DNA of 64,000 nucleotides from contig NC_087437.1 in assembly GCF_036321535.1 (NCBI RefSeq), forward strand, positions 37,636,001 to 37,700,000. Reading direction: 5' to 3'. The stretch comes from Camelus dromedarius. Lineage: Eukaryota. Both the position numbers and the translations under genes were made by a program. Shown here piece after piece: positions 1 to 12,890 of this stretch. The notes beneath the pieces were generated by a model. That model was given only the letters and a program-made list of their open reading frames with translations, did no database searches and had not been told where the DNA came from. How positions within the stretch are numbered: the first letter of the stretch is position 1; each line of letters opens with the position of its first letter.

Positions 1-159
1 ACACGGCTTATGTATGAATTTCTTACCATTCTAAATGTATATAAATCACCTACCTCAGCAAAACGTGTCTTAAAGTCGGTCATAAGATGTGTGTATGATA
101 TTTTGCTTTTGAAATGAGCACAACTGTGTCCTCCACTCCACAGTAGCTATCAGAAACTA

Positions 160-2520
160 AGTAAGCAGGCGGGGAGAATTCTCTGACATTCTCCACCCTT
201 AATAGTCCAGACCCACCCTATTTCTCAAGTCTCAACCGAGAAGCAGACCAACACCGACAGCCAGAGCTCAGAACGCGAGCAATCCCATCTCCTTCACCAG
301 CTGCCAGCCGCTCCCCCCTCTTTCCCCCCACACCACCTTCTGCACCCAACGTGCAGAGGCGGTGACTGTTTCGCCGATCTTATCGGAACCCAACATGCGA
401 TGGAATCGATGGATAACCGGGAGGCTTCCCGGAGCTGCCCAGTGACGATAAATGGCCCTCTTCGCATTCATTCTCACTTCTCTCTTGATAACAACAGCCC
501 TCTAAGTTTTTGATTTGGGACATGTCCTAAAGGCTATTTCACTGTTTTCCTTTCCTTTAATCTCAGTGTAGCGTATCTAAGCCTTAGGAAAAGCTCGAAA
601 AGTTAGGGGATGAAGGGCCCTGGAGCCCCGGTTTAGAACATTTCCTGCTGGGAGCGTCCGGCATCATTTGTCCACGGGGAGGACAAGAAGCCCTTTCTCC
701 CCACAGTTCCCCCTTCCACCTCCCCCTCCCCTTTGCCGGATCTCCGAGCCCAGTAATCTCTCCATATCTAAGATTAAATATTCCAATATGGAAGCAAAAC
801 GGTCTTCCCTAGAACAAATAATTAAAATGCTGCATCATTCATTTTCTGAAGAGCTCTGAGCCTTCCAGAGGTCCTTTTCTAATCCGCTGTCACCAGGCGA
901 GCGAAACGCACAATGGGTCTGTTTAGAAATGGAAAATGATTAAAAGCTCAGGCCATTTTCCTTCTTACAACAGGAGCGATCCGTTGGGGGAGGGGCCCTT
1001 CGCTCAGCCACCTGGCCTATTTTTTGGAGTTACGATTTACTTCCCCAAGAAAAGGGGTCCGAGGGTTTGTTAGTCTCCAGGACCACTCCTGTCATCCTTA
1101 CAGCTAAACGATCCAGTTTAAAAATACAACCCCCAGCACCTGTAAGCGTACAGAAGCCACTGTGGGCAAACTATATGCTCTACAGTGCACATCCCACACG
1201 CGAGAATACTGGTTTCAATTAGGCAAAATAGGAAAGGATGGCGGCGAGTACCTAACCGTGCAGAGCGCTCTCGATCTCCGAGGTTTACTCCAAGGGGCTT
1301 CCCAGCGGGAGGTGCAAACTCTCTGGGAGGCTGAATTGTATCCATCATGCCGTCGCCTGCAGTTTCTCCTCCAACGGCCACCAACTTTCAGAAAGGCCAC
1401 CAAATCTCGCTTGTAATCCTTTTAAGTGTTTCCACCTTTGAGACTTGCAAGGAAATGGTCGGTGCATACCAGTGGGAGAGCCGGGCGCGCACCTAGCGCG
1501 GCAATGCCAGTGACAGGAGCTCACGACCACAGTTCTATTTACCCTCGATGGCAGGCAGGAAGCCTGTGTATCCCAGGACTGGGTTCTTTGATTTAAATTC
1601 TTGGTGCTCTCGATTCAGCGGCGAGTCTCGCGGTCCCCGAGAACCCTGGCTGAATCTCAGGGTTTTTCTCTTTCTCGCTTCCTGAAAGGTTGACACTCAC
1701 AGCGCAATTCCTGCCCGAGGCCTCTTTCGGTACGAGGAGCCGCACTATCCCTTGCCTTTGCCGGGTGTCTTTGCTCTTGACCCTTTGGGTAGGTGGGAGT
1801 GGGGGTGGGTGGTGTGTACACGAGAAAAGAGGGTGGGGAGGGGCGGGAAGGAGGCAGGAAGGGGGCGACCAGATCCCAGATCCTAGCACTGGCCAGACAG
1901 CGAAGGTGGGGGCGCGGGGGTGGGGAGGAGAGGAAGGAGAGAAAAAGAGATACGGGATACAAATACAACAGTATGGCTGAACACACCAAATTCGACTTGG
2001 ATTTAGATCTCGGGCAAAGCACCAAGGTGAAGCGATCCTGTCCTCTGAGAGTGAGCCCCCGAAGAGCTCACTATTCAAGCATCCTTACTTCTCGAGCGGG
2101 AGAGGGTAGGGGGCGGGGAAGGGAAGGGACCGCGGAACGTTTCAGGCCAAGGGGACGCTCACGGCGGCGGCATCTTTTAAGACTGACCTGCTTTAAAAGT
2201 GCCACTCTAATGGTATAGGAAATAACTAAAATCGGATTACACGTTACTTACCGACGTCTGTACTCAAACTGGGAGCGCCAGGTCGGGTGTTAGAAGGCAG
2301 TATACGAAACGCTGGGCTGGAACCCCAATTCAAATCCATCAGCCTCCCCCAAATCGCACACAGAGGGAGCGGCGCTCGGGAGCCCCCAGATCAGCCCATC
2401 GCTGATCCGCCAGCTTATCCCCCCACCCCCCCCGCACCCCCGGCCCCTCCTCCGCGCCAACTGTGTAAATCAGCCGCCGCAGTCCTCTCGCCGCTCATCA
2501 CAGGCAAATCCCTGCTTAGG
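160..2520. promoter_or_regulatory. CpG-enriched, promoter-like region
   Basis: Many CpGs (e.g. gccgggcgcgcacctagcgcg ~1480-1500, cagccgccgcagtcctctcgccgc ~2471-2494) and GC boxes, against a CpG-depleted AT-rich background elsewhere. No interspersed repeat recognised. Host gene not identified. Confidence 0.75.
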
Positions 2521-2549
2521 AAGCAAGGAAGCAAGTGATTCTCTCATAT

Positions 2550-2628
<79 letters not shown>

Positions 2629-2630
2629 TT
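2252..2630 (-). other. Putative non-coding first exon of a minus-strand transcript
   Basis: Minus-strand donor TCG|GTAAGT (acttac at 2246-2251). CCAAT (attgg 2790-2794) and GGGCGG (2796-2801) lie upstream on that strand. The 5' boundary is a guess. Confidence 0.35.
2554..2625. repeat. (TC)36 microsatellite
   Basis: Uninterrupted TC run read directly. Confidence 0.98.
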
Positions 2631-3647
2631 TACAAAGAAAAACCTTGTAAAATTCAGTGACAGGAAGTTAGCATTATGTATCTGTGGATTGACTTTAACT
2701 TTTATTTGCAAATGAGAGATGTCTGTTTGGAAAATTACAGCCCAGGCCAGAGGGGGTGGGGGTGATCAAATTAAGAGCATCTGAGCTGTATTGGTGGGCG
2801 GTATCGCTAAACGCCTATCAGAAGCTGTTTCCAAGTTATTTGCAGTAGCCCTCCACCTTCATGATACATAGGTGACAGTTTGCAAGTACAGATATTTCCT
2901 AATCTGTTTACACCTGCTAAAAGGGAGGACAATAAAACTGTATGGTGAAGGGAGCTGTGTGGGGGGTGGGGGGACATTTGCTGGAGAGATGCTGGATAGC
3001 ATTTCCTGACAAATCAAATAAGGACACTTGAACAATTATTACACCTATGTGGAAGTGTTATTACAACATTATATACCCACTGGAGGCGACCATTACCCCC
3101 ACTGCAGTCATACTAATGCAGTCATTTAATGCTCCATTCAATCTGCAATGTAAACTAACGCAGTTCTTTTTAATAGATCTCGTTCATTAGAGACTTGTGT
3201 TCGAGAAAGGCAGTCCTCTACTAACTCCCAAACTGAATAGAAGGTAGCCTGGGGACTCATCTTTGTATCTCTTGCCATTCCTTCCTCAACTGAGTGCAAT
3301 AAATTGTCCAAGACAAGGGAAGTTGTGTAGCTATTATACTTGTAGATGTAAAATGAGCCCACCCTATTTTCAAAATCTTTCAAAGGAACTCTGACTCAAC
3401 ACTTGCAAAGAGACAGTACTCTTTTAATTTATATATGAAAACTTTTGAGAAACAGGCTTGAAGATGAGATTTTAGCCTTTATTTAATGGTTTTTCTATAT
3501 ACTGTGTTATATCATTGTTACTCTTTATTGTATACTTATAATACCACAAGTCCAGTGTTCCATATTAACCTCATTCAAAGAGAGAAGAGGATGGAACTGG
3601 TTATAGTGAAAACCAGGGGCCTGTGGGCCTGTGGAATTTTTTTGGAT

Positions 3648-3650
<3 letters not shown>

Positions 3651-3698
<48 letters not shown>
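3651..3698. repeat. (GT)24 microsatellite
   Basis: Uninterrupted GT run read directly. Confidence 0.98.
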
Positions 3699-3701
<3 letters not shown>

Positions 3702-6700
3702 CACTAAATTCAGTATTGGTTATAAATAAAATGTGAATTTAGACTGCTTTTTAAAAGTAACATACTTAAAATGTTTCACTTTGTTCTCCAAAATACTCAG
3801 TTTTCTTTAAGACTATTTAGATTAACAAGATATCTGCAGGAACCAAGAAAATGATAAAAGCACCACAATATCAAAACCTATTCCTCTAAATATAGCTTGT
3901 CACATCTACTGGCATGAATTCCAAACCTCTCTTCAGTGTTTTCTTGCATAATAAATGCTTCCATGTGTATTTTACATATGTTAAAACATGGATATGAAAA
4001 GAACATTTGTCTTGGGTTTTCCACTCGCTAGGTCTCCAAATTCAGTTTTAAAGTGCTATATCCAGGAAAGATTGCAAAAAAAGTCCATCCCTGTAACAAA
4101 TCAGCCTTGATTTAGGAGAAACCAAGCTATATCGGTAGACTAATGAGTCATAGGCATGTTTCTGGCCTTTTCAGGTAGTTGCTCAATTTGAGGAGAATCA
4201 CTCCTGAGTACACCATATTCTGTGTGGGCAGGTGTGAAATCACACACACACCCCTGATCCTCAGGGCTGGAGGATATTAGAGTAAGCCTGAAAGACAGCA
4301 GGCAATATCATTCCTAAAATAGCTGAATCTCTTTAACTTTTTTTCATTTTATTTGATTTTCAAAGTTATTTGTTGATGCGAGAACTTTGAATATGTTAAT
4401 ATATTTACTCTGAGCAGATGGCTTGATAGTACTGGGGAGCTACAGAAGATTGAATAATAGCTAGGAGGGGTTGTTAGTGTCAGAAGTGAGTACTTCCAAC
4501 ACAGATATTTCAGGCCAGATAAAAATGTTGTAGGGTAAGTGACTGTGATGGACCTTGGAGTGGTTCTTTAGTGCATTCTGTGAAGGTATTTAATTATCCA
4601 TAGTTTTATTTTAATCACACATAATTTACTTGTGAAAAGGAAGAATTCTTACGGAAAAAAAATGTTCTTTATGGATGATGCATAATGGATAAAAGGAAAA
4701 TACAGAAGTAATGTACAGAATGTAATTTTCAGTTCAATAAAAATTAAATATTTTTATATTGCTGATTGACATATATTTTTAGTTACAAGGACATTACAGT
4801 ACTTCACAGCTTCTTTTTTTACTACTATGCCATTTTCCAGAGAAAGACAGAAGAGTATTAAAATGAATAAAGTGTCATATTATTCTTGTCTAGCATCTAT
4901 TTTACCTACTCTGATTTAAAAAAATGAATACATTGTTTGAAAGATTTAATACTAACTGAAGTAATACTAAAGAGTTTATTGTATAATGGAGCATTCACCC
5001 AAAAAAAGATCCGAACTGCAGCAATCTATGATTATATATGGCATACCTAAGTCATCTATATATTGTATTCATTTGCTTTTAACTGTTGCATAAACATCAT
5101 GAAGCTGACCTCGTTTTTTTCTTTGTACATTCCAATAATTTTCAGGCCAACAAACTACGTATTTCATAATACCAAAAAGTTGATTGTATCCTCATTTCAC
5201 CAACTTTTTACCACTGTTGAAACAATTGAAAATATTGTTCCACACACAATTTTTAAATGAGAATTTAGCCTAGAAAAAAGTAGAGAAATAAAAGTGTGAT
5301 AAAACAGGAATTAAATATTTTTAGTTTTGTTCTATTTTAGGGCTTTTTAGTATTTACTGAAAGAATTCAAAGGATTGAGCAATTCATACTGAAGGTTACA
5401 TACTTACATTAATGTTTGTTTGTATAGATGTTCCTAAACTTCCATAGAGGAAACGTGTTTGAAAAATTTTATGTAATGTAGAAAAAGTTTCCAAGCATTG
5501 GTAACTTTTTTTCAAAAGCATCTTGTAAAATTTAGTGAATCAAGGTACATTTGTAGGTGTTGACTGCGTTATCATTATAACTAACAAGCTTTAAATATGT
5601 AGAAGTAGTTACCAGATATTCAATTGGACACTGATTTTTTCTATCTTGTTTCACTAAAACATTTAGAAACATTTTTTAGGCATCCATTAAGTGAAGTCTT
5701 AGTTTATTTTAGAAGTAAACACATCTTTTAATCTCAAATGTTAAGTAAACTATTTTAGGACTCTCAGAGTTAATCTTTTGAGTACGAACAACCTTCCAAA
5801 TTTTTATTTGTAGTATGGATTCAGCATAGAAAGATGTTGTTTCCTTTATAAGAGATTTTCTAAAATTATTTGGAATTAACAGATTGTAGATATTAAGATT
5901 TAAACTACTGAGAGACAAATAAAAGTGTTAAGAGACCAAGTTAAGGGGAAATTAATCAAATATATTTATTGAAAAGAATTAAGCTATTGAATAGTACATG
6001 AGGAAATAAACAATAGGTGTTATGTAGTGGAAAGAGGTAAATCACATAAGGTTTAGAAGTGAAGGCAGTTTTTTTTTTTTAATACATCATAAAAGAAGGG
6101 AATAAAAGTAATTTTATAGCATCATGGAATCTCAGAATTAAGTGAGACTTGAAAAGTTTATCTAGTCTGACCAGGTATGTGATATTCAGATCCCTACTTC
6201 ACTATCCCTTGCCAGGTTGTTATCCAGACTATGCTTTAATATTGCCTATGATGTGCAGCATAGTATAGTTCAGGGCAGCACATTTTATTTTTGGATAAAT
6301 CTAATTGATAGAAAAATGTTTAAGCAAATTGAAGAAAATTAGTTTTCTTTAACTTCCCATTCATTTGTCTTAGTTACCCCTTGAGGATTTGTTTAAAAAT
6401 CTAGGGTAATGAACTTCCTACTTTTTGAGATAGATTTATATGTATTGAGAGAAACTCACCTGGAAGGTAGAAATGCAGAACCAATCTTCAAGAGATGAGT
6501 TAGAGCTAGAGAAGGCATCATTTAAATTGATATGATAATTGAAGCTGTGAAACTGTAGAATTTGTGGTAACTACTACAGGGACAAGATGTTAGAGGACAT
6601 TATAGTGCTTAAAAGTTACTTCTGATATATTCAAAATATTTAAGCTAATTTTCATAGAAATCTCTGTGGGACCACATTTTAAGATCTATATGTTAAATCT

Positions 6701-9076
6701 ACTAATCTACCCTCTTACTCTACTAATTTAAAATCAACTACAGCATCATAGCAGAATAATATTGGTATCAGCTAAAGAAGCTAGAGAGCCTGAACAATAC
6801 ATGTAGATATTTATAAGTCAAATCAAATTCACCCTGGTCTTTGAACTTGTGAAATCTATTTGAAAACATGAATATGAAATGAATATTTTTAAATGAGGCT
6901 GATTTCAATATAAGCCTGCTGAAAAATGTTTTCCTTACCAAGTATGGGACAAGATGAAAGGTTTTAATGTGATCATGTGCTGGAGTTCACAGATAATGTA
7001 AATCTTATGTACCACCTTGCAGTTTAAGGATAGAACAACAATGTTATGAAACACTGAATATATATCTGAACATTAATAATTCCTAAACTGACTTAAATCC
7101 AAAAAAATTGTTTCCTTGAATTTAGTTGCCCTTCTACGTCACTCTGCTGAGTATCTTAGGATGTAGCTTCTTTCAGCTTTTAGGGTCTATCTAAATCTCC
7201 CTTCACATTTCTATGTTGTTAATCAATGTTTAGTTATTCCCATGTCTGTAATCTGTGTACTCTGTCTTTTGATTATTGAAATTGATGTTCTTTTGTGTCT
7301 GTTGTGTGTCTATTGACATTTGGACACCTAAAAGTAAATATATGATTCCATGGATGCCATTTTTTTCCCCATCATATCTAAGAAAATTCTCTTCTTTCAT
7401 AGATGAATGGTTTGAATTTAATTTTTTTTGATGTTAGTGTTTTTAAGAATTTGGTGAGTGGGAGAATGTTTTTTATAAATGTTATTTTTAGCAAATATTT
7501 TAAATAACAAGAAAAATTAGATAAATAGATGTGGCATAGCTAAGATACTATTCACTGTTTTTTAATGATGGCAAAATTATCAAACAGTGTGGAACCTATG
7601 TTACTATAAATTTCCCCCCTCCAAAAAAATATCATTAAATACTTTCTAGAAAGCTTCACCAAAAATAAAATAAAGGACAAGGATATTTGCATATTTAAGC
7701 ATGTATTTTAATGTTGTACCTTTAATATTTTCAAAGGATAATCTGACCTAAAATTAATTTTCTTATTTCTTGTTTCAGTTGAGTATTTTCATTGAAAGGG
7801 TAATGGTGAAATGTCTCATGTGATTAATACAGTGACAAAATGTTTGCTACCCACTTCTCTTCCATTTTGAAAAACTTTATGATTGATTTTGTAAAATTTC
7901 TTTTGAAATGCCATGAAAAGTAGCCAAAATATGTCTACACATACACAACTGATACTCATGTGTGTGTGTTTCTGTATGTGTGTGAGTTAGAAGGATTCAG
8001 AATTGGAAATTAATGGATTCCTTATAAAATCTTTTAATTGTTTTGTCTCTAAAATTATTTTGTCTCTAAAGGTGGGGCAGAGGGTGTGCCTAGTTTCAAA
8101 GGTTCTGTAGTATAGCAAACAAAATAGTTATCCATGAGATAGTAAAATTGAACTATACATCCTAAATACTCTTTTATTGGTGCTGGATGTTAGTATTCCT
8201 TGAGTTAAAAACCCTCGAAACACTTATGTCACAAAGGATCAGATAAATAATCCTAGGAACTGACCTTTTCCTATGGGCTTAAGCCAATGCCCTGGAAAAA
8301 TAACACTGTTCAGCAATTTAATAGGCTGACATCAACTCCCCATGTGCAAGCACTTTCTATCATTTATAAAAAGGTACCATGTTTTTAACATTCTAATACT
8401 TTTTAGCTCTTATGCCAAAATATATAAAAATTTAAAATATCCAAGCCTTGAATATTTTGACCATTTCCTAGAGTCTTTAGCAATCTAGTTTAAGAAAATG
8501 GGGATTTTTTAAAAAAAAGGATTTACAGTGTTATCTCATGGAAATTCAAGGACTGAAACAAGTACAGCCAGACCTCATAGGAAACATAGTTGGAAATTAA
8601 GCCACACTTTGTCTCTTTCAGGGTCCAAATGGTCTCCCTGTCACCTCCCTCACTTCCCATCTGTTCTGTACAACAGCAGGAATGATTTTTTTAAACCTAA
8701 GTCTAATATTATCTTCTAGTAACCCTCTAGTGGCTTCCCATCTCTCTAGGTAATAGCTAGTGTTCTGACCCAGGTTCACAAGCCCTGTGTGATCTTGCCC
8801 ACTCCATATCTGTCTTCAACCCTATCACATGCTCTCTTTCTCCCACTGTCCCTGGCAGTTTTCCCTCCCTTGCTATTCCTTTAACTCACCAAGCACACAC
8901 TTATCTCAGAGCCTTTGCACCAACTATACACTCTTCCCAGAATACCCTTTCCACAAATACCAGCATGGCTGGCACCATCACTGCATTCAGATTTCCATTC
9001 AAAGGACACGTGGTCAAATAGGCACCCTGACCGTACTACCTCAGGTAGCAATTTCCCCATTACTTTTAAACTTCAT

Positions 9077-9103
9077 GGCTGGCTGGCTGGCTGGCTGGCT
9101 GGC
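9077..9103. repeat. (GGCT)n microsatellite
   Basis: ggctggctggctggctggctggctggc read directly. Confidence 0.9.
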
Positions 9104-9127
9104 TTGCTTTCTCCTTTCTTTCTTTCT

Positions 9128-9515
9128 TAATAGACTTTATTTTTTTAGAGAAGTTTCAGGTTTACAGCTGAATTGAGCAGAAAATACAGAGTTTCCACAT
9201 AGCCCTCCCCACCCACACATACATACTCCTCTACCCTCAACACCCCTCATCAGTGTGGCATATTTGGTACAATTGATGAACCAACATGGGTATATTATTA
9301 TCAACCAAATTCCATAGTTTACGTTAGGGCTCACTTTTGATGTTGTACATTCTGTGGGCTTTGACAGATGCATAATGACATTTAGCCGCCATTATAGTAT
9401 CATACAGAATAATTTCATCACCCTAAAAATCCCTTGTACTCCATCTATTCATCCCTCCCTCCCTCCCTCTCCCAAAACCCCTGGAAACCACAATCTTTTT
9501 ATTGTTTCTGTAGCT
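9128..9515 (-). mobile_element. L1MC-like 3' UTR fragment
   Basis: tagactttattttttagagaagtttcaggtttacag...aattgagcagaa...ccatagtttacgttagggctcact...ccattatagtatcatacagaat. Homologous to the copy at 31945-32955. Confidence 0.8.
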
Positions 9516-10405
9516 GTGCATGGCCTGCTTTATTTTTATTTCTACAGTTTTCTCACCTAATGAAATACAATGTATATGCTTGTGCATATTTCCTGTCTCT
9601 CCCGCACTACGAAAAGCAGCTTCATGAGAACAGGGACTTTGTCTTAGTCATTGTGGTGTTCTTGGCACCTAGAACAGTGCCTAGTACATAATGAGAACTC
9701 CATATGAATGTATAGAGGGATTAAGTGAATGAATGGTCTCTCTAATCTCTACTTCTTTTTGAGTCTTTTTTTTTTTTTTTTCCTTTCTGCTAAGCTGCTT
9801 TCTCTGCATCAGCTAACACACAGCTCATAATTGCTACATGGCCTTTCAGCTGCAATGTTCTCCAACAACTGGCAACTTCTCTCATTTACTTCAGTTCAAA
9901 TTCCTGAAAATCTAATTGGACAGACATATTTTCCCAGTAAGGCCACACAAACTATAAATTTCTGGCCAGTCTCTGGATATATTCTTTTTCAGTTGAACAT
10001 ATGCTCCTGGTCTAATAAGGCTGAGCCACTTCAGAGTACGGATGATGAGGTGTGAGGAGCTGTGCGCAGGCAGCCAGGCAACACGAACACATCTAGTACC
10101 TAATGGCGTTGGGGCCACAACAGCACCAATGCTTTTCACTGTCCCAAGTTCTGCTCATGAGTCTGACATTATTCCTCAAGTCCAATGCATTTACCTTCTG
10201 CCTCCATATCCCTTCTTGATCAAATGACTTCTCTAACTTTTCTTTGTTATATTCTTTGTTAGATATAACCATGCATGTGCAAAACTCTATGATAAATATA
10301 TCCATGTCTCTGTAGAGTCAACAAGATGCCCTTGTACTCCCATTATCCTTCTACTTATGCTTTTGGTTGGTAAACAAGAAATTCCATGTGTCTTTACATA
10401 GATCC

Positions 10406-10891
10406 TGTTGTGGGCACACTCTAAGGTGACCTCCAATGTGTCTCACCTTTGCATAATCCCCTCTTCTTTAGTGTAGGTGGAACCTGTGACTTGCTTCTAC
10501 TCAACAGAAAATGGCAAATGTGAAGAGATTTTGTAGATGTAATTAAAGTCACAGATTAGTTGATTTTGAGTTCATTGAAAGCAAGATTATTCTGGGTGAA
10601 AGTCCTTAAAAGAGAGTCTGGTGACCTCCCTGAAATGAAGACATGCTTTCCTGGTGGCCTTGAAGAGGTCGGGGAAATGAATTCTGCCAATAACCTGATT
10701 GAATTTAGAAACTTGATTCTTCCCCAGTCAAGTCTCCTGACAAGAATACAGCCCAATTGATACCTAAATTGCAGCTTTGAGAGACTCTGAGCAGAGGGTT
10801 CATCGAAACTGTGCCTGTAATGCTGACCTACAGAAACTGTGAGATAGTAAATGTGCCATAATGTGTTATGTGGCAATAGAACACTAACACA
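10406..10891 (+). mobile_element. MLT1 (ERVL-MaLR) solo LTR
   Basis: TG...CA termini, 5-bp TSD gatcc (10401-10405 and 10892-10896), MLT1 motifs (gtggaacctgtgacttgcttcta, tgacctacagaaactgtgagata, gttatgtggcaatagaacactaacaca). Confidence 0.85.
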
Positions 10892-12890
10892 GATCCTTCA
10901 TCCTAGTTCACTGTAAAAGACATGTTTTATATAGTCCTCATGTTATTTTAGTTCTAGACTCCACTGTGTGACTGACTTGGTCCTTTTCACTTTCTTTGAG
11001 TTTTACATGCTAAATTGTGGAAATAGAAATAATTTTCTTTCTTAGAATACTCCTATTTGAGAACTTACTCTTATCCTGTAGTTTCTCTTGTCTTAGTGTC
11101 TTAAAACTAATTTTAGACCTTCTTTCAGGGGATAGCATGTGATCATGATACTTCCTTCTCTGACCATATAATCATCTTGTTTTCATGTAGCATCCAACAT
11201 TTATCATTTTCAGCTTTTGGTTCTAATAAGGATAAACAAAATATCTTTGGCTATGAAATTCATACATCTCCTTTCATTAATGTTTCATTTTTTTTCTGTT
11301 TATGCATGTAAATATTTTTTCAACAAAGTCATCCTTGATAGTCCAGGGAACTTTAACTTAAAGAATGATTTTATAAGTTCAAAACATTTATGGTGGGAAG
11401 TTTTATCCCCTAATTTATCTCTTTGTGGCATTTAAATGTTCATTTATCAAATTTTGCTTTGTAAAAGTTGAGGATCTCTGAGTTTGGTCAGTGCTCACTG
11501 CTTTATCATTTATAAATTTCCAAACACTGTTTATTCTGCTTGCAATTTTAAACTATATATTTGAGTGTCTCACCCTTCTAAGAAGTTCTATACAATACTA
11601 ACCATAATGCAGCATATAAATCATATAATTTAGGAGTCAGGTAACTAATATGTTTTCATATCCCACAGTGGTATGTGTTGAGGGCATAGAAACATGAAGA
11701 ATTAACATTCTTTTTAATCCCATCAGCACACAGGTTTTCAGAGACTTTATAAACTCACAGAAATTATAGTTTGATATTTGATAGTGCTGTATTTAAAGGG
11801 AAAAACCCCTTTTCTTAAGACTATGTTTAATGGTATGCCTTTGAAAAGCCACTGTTTATTTATCATACACATAGAAGTGAAAATTGAGATGAAATATTGA
11901 TGAAACAGATTTCTTCTATGTTTATCCTACCAGATATTCTCAAACTGTGATTTGAAATTGAAGTGATTAAGAACTTCTATTTCCCAAAGGGGCTTCAAGA
12001 TCTGGCTGACATTTGCCTATAAAAATATAAATCACTGTAGATGGGTCCATTATTAAATAGTTTCAAAATCAAATTTTAATTTGACAGGAAAAGTGAAGTC
12101 CCAAATCTTGAGAGGTGCAGGAGATGTAGGATAGTGGTCGGGTGGGGATCGGGAATAGTGATGCATATTCATTTTGATCTGTAGGGAATAATGAAACAGC
12201 CAATAATCACATTTCTAAATGCATATCGCAGTAGATAAGACTTTAAGTGCTCTAGTCAATTAATTAATTAAGCTTATATCTCATTCAGGTATACAAATTA
12301 TCCTCTTTAAGGGAAAGAAGCTTAGGGAGATATTTAGAGAGAAATTAATTCAAGGAGCTTTTGTTGAAATATTAAAGTCGTATGAACACCTTATCACACG
12401 AACTAGAACCGAAACTGGTTTTCTTTGTTATCATACTCAAGTCAGGGTAGTGCATTGATAAGGAACACACTAAGTATTTCTAGAGGTAAGGTTTATAATT
12501 TTTTTTAAGTAGCAGAGCATGTTTAACACACTTGCATTGTGTTAGTTCAGAAGCATAGATTTCTCTTTTGAAAAGCTGCCTTTGATTTAAATACCAAAAT
12601 CCTGGAAACTTCTGATAGTAGCCAGTGTTAATTGTTTTCCTTGGAGATGAAGCAAAAAGAAGCAGAAAATTAATTTGCCGTCTCTTGTTATTTGTACATA
12701 TATGAGATCACAGTTTAATTTATTGTGACATATAAAAGAAATAGAGTATTCATAGGGAATAGAATGAGGCTTCCTTATGTTTTTCTCTGTCTTTAAAAAA
12801 AAAATGTGCACAGGAAAGTGTAAATAAAAGCAGTAAGCTTATTTAACAAAGAATTTGCTGACGTTCTCGTTCCGCCTAGTTTTTAAGTTT

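Larger units (their letters stand above)
8640..9735 (+). mobile_element. L2 LINE 3' remnant, interrupted by an L1MC fragment
   Basis: L2-type motifs (ctctagtggcttccc, gcctttgcac, cttcatgagaacagggactttgtc, cctagaacagtgcctagtacata) ending in gtgaatgaat. Confidence 0.7.

Noticed and set aside
1118..2538. Overlapping 60-160 aa ORFs in the GC-rich region
   Set aside because: Low-complexity Pro/Gly/Arg-rich translations on both strands with no recognisable domain, as expected from GC content. Many lack an ATG start.
1..3400. Assigning the promoter to a named gene or miRNA host
   Set aside because: No coding exon or miRNA hairpin that I recognise is inside the window. Naming it needs a BLAST search.
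8720..8740. CTCF-like CCACTAGAGGG on the minus strand
   Set aside because: Lies in an L2 consensus-like motif and lacks the GGC end.
9128..9515. Similarity to 31945-32330 as a segmental duplication
   Set aside because: Both are L1MC-type 3' UTR copies and their flanks are unrelated.
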